Notes: generated by a model from the sequence alone, not told the origin. A stretch of DNA of 32,000 nucleotides from Tannockella kyphosi (GCF_021054785.1 NZ_CP088239.1:660001-692000); one strand, 5' to 3'; positions 9,789 to 17,542 are shown, numbered from the stretch's first letter. Program-made: numbers and translations.

Positions 9789-10022
9789 ATGAAAAAATTA
9801 TCTATGGACCTAATTTGTTACTGGATTTTTATGGTATTAGGACTTTTAATGATGTATGGAAGTTATCAAAGAACATTCCATGATGCTGGTTGGGGTGTAT
9901 TAGAAGAAATACAAGTGTATGCGTTAGCTCTACCCATTCCTACAAGGATTTTACTTCTTTTATTATTTCTAGCTGTTTATTCACCTATTGTATATAGAGC
10001 ATTTCGGTATAAGAAAAAATAA
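9789..10022 (+). CDS. Small membrane protein
   Basis: ATG 9789 follows GAGAAAGAGG. 77 aa with two hydrophobic helices. The track start at 9726 is GTG without an RBS. Confidence 0.45.
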   Translation: MKKLSMDLICYWIFMVLGLLMMYGSYQRTFHDAGWGVLEEIQVYALALPIPTRILLLLLFLAVYSPIVYRAFRYKKK

Positions 10023-10081
10023 AGCAAGAAAATACTAATAAGTGGTGAGGCTGAGATATATGGACTTTGTTACTAAAGTTA

Positions 10082-10154
10082 ATGAGCATAATCAGTAGAC
10101 TAGATTAATTTCTAGTCTTTTTTAACACTTTCTTACTAGCAAGTTCTAAGAACA
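10082..10154 (+). repeat. Copy 1 of a ~70-bp block (R) containing a terminator hairpin
   Basis: atgagcataatcagtagactagattaatttctagtcttttttaacactttcttactagcaagttctaagaaca. Near-identical blocks lie at 12352 and 13324. The hairpin is agactaga/tctagtct plus T6. Confidence 0.8.
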
Positions 10155-10368
10155 GGATATTTTTATATAGATACAAATATTTATTCATTTTCAAACAATT
10201 AAATAAGCATCACAGTAAAAAGCCTAATAACTACTTCATCAATGTGATGATTTTAGAAAATAGTTTTTTTATTCTTGAAGAGTAATTGCTTCATGAATTA
10301 CGTATAACTTAATGAGAAAGTCATCAAAGAACAAAATGAAATAAATAAAAGAAAAGAGGGAACTAATA

Positions 10369-11385
10369 ATGGAATTAGAAAAAGAGATTGTAAATGATAT
10401 AAGAAATATCGTCTATCAAGCTAGAAATAAAGTATATCAAGTAACTAATAATACAATGGTACAATCGTATTATGAAATTGGTAGAACAATAGTAGAAAAA
10501 CAAGGTGGTATGGAAAAAGCAGAATATGGGAGTGAGCTTATTAAAACTATTTCAAAAGAATTGTCTGCAGAGTTTGGAAGAGGATTTACAACTACTAATT
10601 TGAAAAATATGCGTACATTTTATTTAACATTTCAAAAAGGTCACGCACTGCGTGACGAATTGAGTTGGACTCATTATCGTTTGTTAATGAGAGTAGAAAA
10701 TAAAAAAGCTAGAAATTTTTATGAAGAAGAATGTGTAAATTCTAACTGGAGTACTAGGCAACTAGAAAGACAAATTCATTCTTTTTATTATGAAAGGTTA
10801 TTATCTAGTAAAGATGGAAAAAGTACGAAAGATAAATCAATAGGTGAAGATGACATATTAAAATCACCAAGTGATATTATTAAAGATCCTTATGTATTAG
10901 AGTTTTTAGGACTTCCAGATCAGGCATCTTTTAGTGAAAAAGAATTAGAAAGTGCTTTGATCTCTCATTTACAAAAATTCTTATTAGAATTAGGAAGAGG
11001 TTTTTCTTTTATAGCAAGACAAAAAAGAATTACTTTTGATGGTAGACATTTTTATATAGACTTACTCTTTTATAATTACTTATTGAAATGTTTTGTTATT
11101 ATTGATTTAAAAATAGGGGACTTAACGCATCAAGACTTAGGACAAATGCAAATGTATGTAAACTACTATGAAGAAAAAGTAAGTAGTAAAGAAGATAATC
11201 CACCTATTGGTATTGTTTTATGTGTAGATAAAAGTGAAAGCTTAGTAAAATATACGTTACCTAAAAATAGTAACGTATATGCATCTAGATATAAACTATA
11301 CTTACCTAGTGAAGAAGAATTAAGAATAGAACTTCATAAAGAATATAATTTGTTAGAATTAGAAAAAAGAATTGGTAATAAGTGA
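10369..11385 (+). CDS. DUF1016/YhcG-family PD-(D/E)xK nuclease
   Basis: AGAGGGAA RBS and 338 aa. It has the family's N-terminal helical domain (ELSWTHYRLLM) and a C-terminal nuclease core (FYIDLLFYNYLLKCFVIIDLKIG). Confidence 0.8.
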   Translation: MELEKEIVNDIRNIVYQARNKVYQVTNNTMVQSYYEIGRTIVEKQGGMEKAEYGSELIKTISKELSAEFGRGFTTTNLKNMRTFYLTFQKGHALRDELSWTHYRLLMRVENKKARNFYEEECVNSNWSTRQLERQIHSFYYERLLSSKDGKSTKDKSIGEDDILKSPSDIIKDPYVLEFLGLPDQASFSEKELESALISHLQKFLLELGRGFSFIARQKRITFDGRHFYIDLLFYNYLLKCFVIIDLKIGDLTHQDLGQMQMYVNYYEEKVSSKEDNPPIGIVLCVDKSESLVKYTLPKNSNVYASRYKLYLPSEEELRIELHKEYNLLELEKRIGNK

Positions 11386-11406
11386 ATTTACTGTAAATTA
11401 AAAGCA

Positions 11407-11415
11407 TGCTATAAT
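11407..11415 (+). promoter_or_regulatory. Extended -10 box (TGcTATAAT) upstream of the hydrolase gene
   Basis: Exact TGCTATAAT about 40 nt before ATG 11456. A weak -35 (tttact) lies 17 nt upstream. Confidence 0.3.
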
Positions 11416-11455
11416 TGGATAAAGATTATTTATATAATAAATGGAGAGCGATTAA

Positions 11456-12295
11456 ATGGAAAATAAGCATTTCTTGTACAATGGGAATTTACATCCATCA
11501 AATAATAAACACACAGCAATGATTATTGTAACAGGCAGTGATGGTGGTCATACATGGGCAAATGAAATTGCTGAAACGTTTGCATCACAAGGAATTACCT
11601 GCTATTCTATCAGCTATTGGAAAGATAAAAATTTACCACATACCCTGTCTCTTATTCCTCTAGAAATCATAAAAGATGCTAGTATATATTTGAAGGATCA
11701 AGGATATGAAAAAATTGGTATTTATGGAATATCCAAGGGAGCTGAACTTGCCCTTGTATCTGCAAGTTGCTTTTCTGAAATTGAATTTGTTATAGCTGTT
11801 TCTCCTGCTTGCCTTGTATTTGAGGGTATCCGTAAACCACGTTATAGTAACACTTCCAGTTGGACTTTAAATGATCAACCTCTTCCTTATGCAAGCTTTC
11901 AAGATGTAGATGTAAATATGTTTAAAAACATTTTCAAATATCATGAATTTGGGTTCAGAAAACAATATATTGAAGTTTTGGAAAAAAATAAATGCGAAGA
12001 AAATACTATTAAAGTAGAAAATATCAATGGTCCGATATTATTATTGTCTGCAAAAAATGATGCCCAATGGTGTAGCGAAATCATGAGTGACCATATTATA
12101 AAAAGATTGAAAGAAAAATGTTTTCCGTTTTTTTATAAACATGAAAATTATGAAATTGCAAGTCATATTTTATGCCCAGTAGATACTTTTTCAAAAAAGG
12201 TGTATAAAGTGGAACGAAAATTTCCACTTGAGTGTGAATATTCTAGAAAACGAGCATTTGAAGAAACATTAAACTTTCTGAAAGAACACATCTGA
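11456..12295 (+). CDS. Alpha/beta hydrolase (BAAT/acyl-CoA thioesterase C-terminal or dienelactone hydrolase-like)
   Basis: Nucleophile elbow GISKGAELA (GxSxG), a later LLLSAKNDAQW acid-loop-like segment and a C-terminal SHIL histidine. Confidence 0.6.
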   Translation: MENKHFLYNGNLHPSNNKHTAMIIVTGSDGGHTWANEIAETFASQGITCYSISYWKDKNLPHTLSLIPLEIIKDASIYLKDQGYEKIGIYGISKGAELALVSASCFSEIEFVIAVSPACLVFEGIRKPRYSNTSSWTLNDQPLPYASFQDVDVNMFKNIFKYHEFGFRKQYIEVLEKNKCEENTIKVENINGPILLLSAKNDAQWCSEIMSDHIIKRLKEKCFPFFYKHENYEIASHILCPVDTFSKKVYKVERKFPLECEYSRKRAFEETLNFLKEHI

Positions 12296-12351
12296 ATTTA
12301 ATCAGGAGAAAAGTTTTATATATTTCAGTGTTATCTATAGGTGGTCTTATT

Positions 12352-12424
12352 ATGAGCATAATCAGTAGATTAGATTAATTTCTAGTCTTTTTTAATACTT
12401 TCTAACTAGCAAGTTCTAAAAACA
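12352..12424 (+). repeat. Copy 2 of the ~70-bp block R
   Basis: atgagcataatcagtagattagattaatttctagtcttttttaatactttctaactagcaagttctaaaaaca. A degraded spoIVA 5' end follows it. Confidence 0.8.
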
Positions 12425-12456
12425 AAGAATAAATATAACGCTATTTAGGAGAAATT

Positions 12457-12775
12457 ATGATGGAAACAAAAAAGATACTTAAAGATAAACTATGAGATGT
12501 GACGACGATATCTCATTTAGCAGTAGTAGGGTAATAAGAACAGGGAAGTCTACGTTAATAAAACATAACACGTCAAGGCAGTAATACCTTACGACGATGA
12601 TCCTGCTACAAAGTTACGTGTTGCTATGAATTACCACAATCAGGTAAGGGTAAAATGATTATGACTGTAGAGCTAAATTTATCCCTAATCAAGCAGTATC
12701 AATATTATTAGAAGATAACTTAAACGTAAAGGCAAGGTTAGTGGATATTTGTGTAATAATAGGACCAAAACGAAT
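12457..12775 (+). pseudogene. spoIVA: Degraded duplicate of the spoIVA 5' end
   Basis: Colinear with 13435-13760. It begins atgatggaaacaaaaaagatacttaaagata and ends ggttagtggatatttgtgtaataataggaccaaaacgaa. A stop appears after 12 codons and the P-loop region is destroyed (gggtaataagaacagggaagtct). Confidence 0.75.
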
Positions 12776-13028
12776 TAAATTGCTATAATCAACACAATTT
12801 GATTTATGTTGCAAAAGTTATCTTTTTGTATTAAGAAAAGTATAATTTCAAGCTATTCTTTAGTCCTTATCGTACAAAATATTGGAACTAAAACTACTAT
12901 AAAAAATAGCTGATTAACTAAAATAGGATGTTAAGATTCAAAAAAACATAAAACAAAACTATGATTTTTCAGAACATAGGTGGATTTTATCCTATATTTC
13001 GAGTATACTATGTTTGAGGTGAGATAAA

Positions 13029-13280
13029 ATGATGATTAATACTGAAAATATAGTTGCAATGACAGAAGCAAATCAAAACTTTTCAAAAGTAGTTAGAATA
13101 GTTGATGAAAAAGGAATGGCAGTAATTATGAAAAATAACAAACCAAAATATATTCTTGTTGATTTTGAAGAATACGATGATATTCAGTTACTTCGTGAGG
13201 TTAGAACTAAGAAAATAAGTGAAGCTACAGATCAATTGATTGATGAAAATCTTGAAGCTTTTTTGGAGCTAGCTAAATGA
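13029..13280 (+). CDS. Phd/YefM-family antitoxin
   Basis: GAGGTGAG RBS and 83 aa. ...TEANQNFSKVVRIVDEKGMAVIMKNNKPKYILVDFEEY fits the Phd/YefM N-terminal fold. The stop overlaps the next ATG (ATGA). Confidence 0.7.
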   Translation: MMINTENIVAMTEANQNFSKVVRIVDEKGMAVIMKNNKPKYILVDFEEYDDIQLLREVRTKKISEATDQLIDENLEAFLELAK

Positions 13281-13327
13281 TATTTTTAACTATTGATGAA
13301 ATAATAATAATACACAGCATATTATGA
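13277..13327 (+). pseudogene. Truncated toxin gene (Doc/Fic-like N-terminus, 16 codons)
   Basis: MIFLTIDEIIIIHSIL* looks like the start of a Doc-type toxin. The frame ends exactly where repeat block R (copy 3) begins. Confidence 0.4.
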
Positions 13328-13399
13328 GCATACCCTGTGGATTAGACTAGATTAATTTCTAGTCTTTTTTTATACTTTCTTACTAGCAAGTTCTAAAAA
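13324..13399 (+). repeat. Copy 3 of the ~70-bp block R, immediately upstream of spoIVA
   Basis: atgagcataccctgtggattagactagattaatttctagtctttttttatactttcttactagcaagttctaaaaat. The hairpin plus T7 spans 13344-13371. Confidence 0.8.
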
Positions 13400-13434
13400 T
13401 AGAGAACAAACATACCACTAGTATAGGAGGAATT

Positions 13435-13821
13435 ATGATGGAAACAAAAAAGATACTTAAAGATATAACAAAGAGATGTGATGGGGATATCTATTTAGCA
13501 GTAGTAGGGCCTGTAAGAACAGGGAAGTCTACATTTATAAAGAAGTTCATGGAAAAGGCAGTAATCCCTTATATAGATGACCCAGATGCTAAGTTACGTG
13601 CTATTGATGAATTACCACAATCTGGTAAGGGTAAAATGATTATGACGGTAGAGCCTAAATTTATCCCTAATCAAGCAGTATCTATCTTATTAGAAGATAA
13701 CTTAAATGCAAAGGTAAGGTTAGTGGATGATTGTGTAATAATAGGACTAAACCGAAAAAAGCCCGTAAACACTGAGGTTTTAAGCAATTTAAAGAAAAGT
13801 TATCTCTTGCAGGTGGCTTGA
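13435..13821 (+). pseudogene. spoIVA: 5' fragment of stage IV sporulation protein A gene, interrupted by a mobile element
   Basis: GGAGG RBS. GDIYLAVVGPVRTGKSTFIKKFME...DELPQSGKGKMIMTVEPKFIPNQAVS...VRLVD closely matches my recollection of the first ~100 residues of B. subtilis SpoIVA (about 490 aa). Similarity stops near 13730-13745, after which 27 unrelated codons run to a stop. Confidence 0.85.
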
Positions 13822-13860
13822 AATGATAGAAATAATAAATTTAATAAACAATAAATCTTA

Positions 13861-13914
13861 AAGAGGGTTTGTTTTGTATTCCGAAAGGAGTATGAAACAA
13901 ACCCTCTTTTTTGT
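13861..13914 (+). terminator. Very strong hairpin terminator at the left end of the element
   Basis: Perfect 14-bp stem aagagggtttgttt/aaacaaaccctctt. An inner tattcc-GAAA-ggagta helix extends it, and TTTTTT follows. Confidence 0.6.
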
Positions 13915-13945
13915 GCCTAAAATTAAATGGAAAGGAGTTAAATTA

Positions 13946-14155
13946 ATGAGCATCAAAGAAGTGACAGAGGGTTTTGCGTTTGAAATGATGATGAAAGAAA
14001 CACCATATTCAAATAACTATGATAGTGGTAGTGATGGCATCTTAGAGGAATGTAGAAGCTGTCGTTTTCATAGACCGAATTGGAAACATGAAACTTGTGT
14101 ATATGAGTTTTGTCCTTATTCAAAGGAACCAATTTCAACACGCAGACAAAAATAA
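13946..14155 (+). CDS. Small Cys-rich protein, function unknown
   Basis: AAAGGAG lies before ATG 13946. 69 aa with CRSCRFHRPNWKHETCVYEFCPY. It is the first gene of the element. Confidence 0.5.
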   Translation: MSIKEVTEGFAFEMMMKETPYSNNYDSGSDGILEECRSCRFHRPNWKHETCVYEFCPYSKEPISTRRQK

Positions 14156-14171
14156 CAGGAGGTAGATAAAA

Positions 14172-14993
14172 TTGAAAGCAAAGACTATCGCCGTCGTCAA
14201 CCAAAAAGGTGGTGTCGGCAAAACAACTACTTGTGCTAATTTAGGAATTGGTCTTGCACAAGAAGGTAAAAAGGTTCTTATCGTGGATTTAGATCCACAA
14301 GCATCATTAAGCATCAGCTTAGGGCAATCTCAACCGGATACACTCGATACGACTATTGCCAGTATCATGAACAAAGTAATTTCAGATATTCCACTTGAAC
14401 CAAACGAGGGTATTTTAGCACATGATGAGGGTATTGATTTTTTACCTTCAAACATTGAGTTATCAGCTGTGGAGGTATCGCTAGTTAATACCATGAGTCG
14501 AGAAAGTGTTTTGAAACAGTATCTTGATACTGTTAAAAATGATTACAATTTCATTCTTATTGACTGTTCTCCCTCACTTGGTATGTTGACTGTTAATGCT
14601 CTTGCTAGTGCAGATAGTGTAATTATCCCAGTCCAATCTCAATACTTGCCGGCAAAGGGTTTAGAACAGCTATTGCTGACAGTAGCTAAAGTGAGAAAAC
14701 AACTTAATCCTAAGTTAATGATTGATGGCATTTTAATGACAATGGTAGATAATCGCACAAACTTCGCAAAGGATATATGCACCTTGTTAAGAGAAACTTA
14801 TGGTGGAAAAATCAAAGTATTTAATACTGAAATTCCACAATCTGTAAGAGCTGCTGAAACATCAACAACTGGTAAAAGTATCTTTAGCCACGATCCAAAA
14901 GGAAAGGTAGCCGACAGCTACAAAAATTTGACAAAGGAGGTGATTAAAATTGAAAAGCTCCGTCAAAAACATAAATCTGAAATCGGTAGATGA
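14172..14993 (+). CDS. parA: ParA/Soj-family partition ATPase
   Basis: TTG start after AGGAGG. Deviant Walker A box NQKGGVGKTT and the DLDPQ motif are present. Confidence 0.85.
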   Translation: MKAKTIAVVNQKGGVGKTTTCANLGIGLAQEGKKVLIVDLDPQASLSISLGQSQPDTLDTTIASIMNKVISDIPLEPNEGILAHDEGIDFLPSNIELSAVEVSLVNTMSRESVLKQYLDTVKNDYNFILIDCSPSLGMLTVNALASADSVIIPVQSQYLPAKGLEQLLLTVAKVRKQLNPKLMIDGILMTMVDNRTNFAKDICTLLRETYGGKIKVFNTEIPQSVRAAETSTTGKSIFSHDPKGKVADSYKNLTKEVIKIEKLRQKHKSEIGR

Positions 14994-15879
14994 TATTTTT
15001 TCAACCGAAGAAACAAGACAAGACCAATACAAAGAAAAGGTCGTACAAATTCCTTTGAATGAACTGTATCCATTTAAAGACCACCCTTTCAAAGTCCTTG
15101 ATGATGATAAAATGATTGATACAGTTTTAAGTGTAAAGTCATATGGTGTACTTATTCCTGCAATCGCTAGACCTCGTGATGAGGGTGGATATGAGCTTGT
15201 AGCAGGTCATAGACGACATAGAGCAAGTGAACTCGCTGAACTTGATACAATGCCCGTACTTGTGCGTGATTTAGATGATGAAGAAGCAACGATTATTATG
15301 GTTGATAGTAATTTACAACGAGAAAACATTCTACCAAGTGAGCGAGCTTTTGCATTTAAAATGAAAATGGAAGCTATGAAAAAGCAGGGCGAAAGAAAAG
15401 ATTTAACTTCGTCCCAAATTGGGACGAAGTTGCAAAGAGCTGATGAAGTGATTGCAGAAGATGCAGGCACAAGTCGAAATCAAGTGCAAAGATACATTAG
15501 ATTGACAGAACTTATTCCCGAATTACTCTCGATGGTAGATGAAAAGAAAATGGGTATGACACCTGCTGTTGAACTATCATTTTTGAAACAAGAAGAACAA
15601 GTGGTGTTCCTTGATGTTTTAGATAGTGAACAAGCTATCCCCTCTTTATCTCAAGCACAGAGAATTAAAAAGTTAAGTGTTGATGGAAATTGTGACTTTG
15701 ATACTATGAGTGCCATTATGGGTGAAGAAAAGAAATCAGAAATCGGCAAAGTAAGTTTTTCAACTGACAAACTGAAAAAATACTTTCCTAAGTCTTATAC
15801 ACCACAAAAAATGCAAGATACAATCATCAAATTACTTGAAGGTTGGCACAAGAAAAAGCAGCAAAATCAAGAAAGGTAG
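14950..15879 (+). CDS. parB: ParB/Srx-domain partition protein
   Basis: TTG start 9 nt after AAGGAGG, overlapping the parA 3' end. PLNELYPFKDHPFKV and ELVAGHRRHRASELA are ParB-box motifs. Confidence 0.85.
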   Translation: MKSSVKNINLKSVDDIFSTEETRQDQYKEKVVQIPLNELYPFKDHPFKVLDDDKMIDTVLSVKSYGVLIPAIARPRDEGGYELVAGHRRHRASELAELDTMPVLVRDLDDEEATIIMVDSNLQRENILPSERAFAFKMKMEAMKKQGERKDLTSSQIGTKLQRADEVIAEDAGTSRNQVQRYIRLTELIPELLSMVDEKKMGMTPAVELSFLKQEEQVVFLDVLDSEQAIPSLSQAQRIKKLSVDGNCDFDTMSAIMGEEKKSEIGKVSFSTDKLKKYFPKSYTPQKMQDTIIKLLEGWHKKKQQNQER

Positions 15880-15980
15880 GTCTATATGAACAATGAAATT
15901 TATGCTCATTCCTTTAAAAAATTCTGCACGTTAAACGTACCTATCTATAAAGTCTAGCGACTTTTTAGGAGGTGTAGTCG

Positions 15981-16883
15981 ATGGCAGTTTTTAGAGTTGA
16001 GAAAACCAAAAACTACACTGTTATGGCAAACCACCATTTGCAAAACAAAGAATTATCTTTAAAGGCAAAAGGGTTACTATCCATGTTGTTATCACTTCCC
16101 GATACTTGGGAACATAGTATTGCAGGATACGCAGTTATTTGTCGTGATGGTGTAGATGGGGTTAGTAGTACAATCAAGGAACTCGAAAAAAATGGATACA
16201 TTATTAGAACAAGACTTAGAAATGATAAAGGTCATTTTACTGATACCGAGTATACCATTTTAGAACTTCCACAGAGTATACCAAAAGAGGAAAATCCTAA
16301 ACCGGAAAAGCCTATCTTGGAAAATCCAATCTTGGATAAACCACAAATGGATAAACCAAAACTGGCTGAACCTATCTTGGAAAATCCCCTGCAATTAAAT
16401 ACTAAACAATTAAATACTAAAGAATTAAATACTAAAGAATTAAATACTAAAGAATTAAATACTAATGTATTAAATCCTTATCTAATCAATCAAAAGATAC
16501 AAGGATACGAAATGATAGGATTTGATAGTTATGATGAATTAAAATCAGTTGTTTATGAGAATATTGAATATGAGCATTTTAGAAAATATGGCAAAATATC
16601 AGAAGTCGAAAGAATAAAGGAAATAGCTGATATTATTATTGAAACTTTGTGTTCTACAAAACCAACGATTAATGTAGCAGGTGAAGATTATCCGTCACAA
16701 CTTGTAAAGGATAAAATGTTAAAGATAAGTTCTTCTCATATTGAATATGTTTTTGAATGTATGAAAGCTAATCCAAGTGAGATAAGAAACATTAAGAGAT
16801 ACCTGCTTGCAACACTATTTAATGCTCCCTCAACTATGGACAATTATTATACAGCAAAAGTAAATCACGATTTCAATTACTAA
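15981..16883 (+). CDS. Winged-helix/HTH protein, putative replication initiator of the element
   Basis: AGGAGG RBS. The N-terminus (VMANHHLQNKELSLKAKGLLSMLLSLPDTWEHSIAGYA...ELEKNGYI) resembles RepA_N/HTH-type initiators of Firmicutes elements. The centre is a low-complexity region of proline and LNTKE repeats. Confidence 0.6.
   Translation: MAVFRVEKTKNYTVMANHHLQNKELSLKAKGLLSMLLSLPDTWEHSIAGYAVICRDGVDGVSSTIKELEKNGYIIRTRLRNDKGHFTDTEYTILELPQSIPKEENPKPEKPILENPILDKPQMDKPKLAEPILENPLQLNTKQLNTKELNTKELNTKELNTNVLNPYLINQKIQGYEMIGFDSYDELKSVVYENIEYEHFRKYGKISEVERIKEIADIIIETLCSTKPTINVAGEDYPSQLVKDKMLKISSSHIEYVFECMKANPSEIRNIKRYLLATLFNAPSTMDNYYTAKVNHDFNY
16395..16478 (+). repeat. Tandem 15-bp repeat (ttaaatactaaagaa) x ~5.5 inside the rep-like gene
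   Basis: Direct count gives units at 16395, 16410, 16425, 16440, 16455 and a partial one at 16470. The array is in frame and encodes (LNTKE/Q)n. Confidence 0.9.
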
Positions 16884-16939
16884 AACACTTTGAATGAAAC
16901 AGAGTGTTTTTATTTTGCCCAAAAGAAAGGAAATATTAC

Positions 16940-17539
16940 ATGAAAGAATTTGATATTACAATTACTGAAACACTTGAAAAAGTAGTAACAGTGAAAGCAG
17001 AAAGCCAAGAAGAAGCCGAGGACTTAGTCCATGACCAGTGGTCGCAAAGTATCCATGTATTAGATGCTGATAACTTTACTGGAGCAACTATTAAAACATC
17101 GGCAACACGAGAAATTGAAGAAGTTTCAAAATTAACAGTTTTACTTATCGAGCCAATGAAACCACCTTCAGTAGTAGAGATTTCAAGTGACTTAGACAGC
17201 TTGCAAAAGGCTGTTGGTGGCTATATTGAAACTGCCCATTTCTTTAATGATCCGATTGAGATTGTTTGTAACGAAGAAGGCAAAATTAACAGTCTACCAT
17301 TAAATCGTGCAATTTATAATGAGCAAGGCGATATGGTAGAAATTTTAGCAGGCTCATTTTTAATTGTTGGTGATGGTGAAGAAGATTTTGAAAGTCTTTC
17401 TCCAGAAATGATTGATAAGTATTCTAAGGTTTTTGAAAAACCCGAAAAATTCTTTAAATTAGCAGGAGCTGTTGTCGTACAAAAACTCGAGCCTTTGAAA
17501 GAAAAAGATGCAACTGAAAAAACACAAATGGAGAGATGA
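16940..17539 (+). CDS. DUF3846-domain protein with DpnD/PcfM-like N-terminus
   Basis: AAAGGAAA lies before ATG 16940. The N-terminus is ITITETLEKVVTVKAESQEEAEDLV, and the centre has LLIEPMKPPSVVEISSDLDSLQKAVGGYIE...CNEEGK. Both domains are common on Firmicutes conjugative elements. Confidence 0.65.
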   Translation: MKEFDITITETLEKVVTVKAESQEEAEDLVHDQWSQSIHVLDADNFTGATIKTSATREIEEVSKLTVLLIEPMKPPSVVEISSDLDSLQKAVGGYIETAHFFNDPIEIVCNEEGKINSLPLNRAIYNEQGDMVEILAGSFLIVGDGEEDFESLSPEMIDKYSKVFEKPEKFFKLAGAVVVQKLEPLKEKDATEKTQMER

Positions 17540-17542
17540 ATT

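Noticed and set aside
16395-16478. A regularly spaced short repeat array that might be mistaken for a CRISPR or minisatellite locus.
   Set aside because: The units are only 15 bp and directly abut one another with no spacers. They are in frame inside a long ORF and no cas genes are present. It is a coding tandem repeat and possibly an iteron array.
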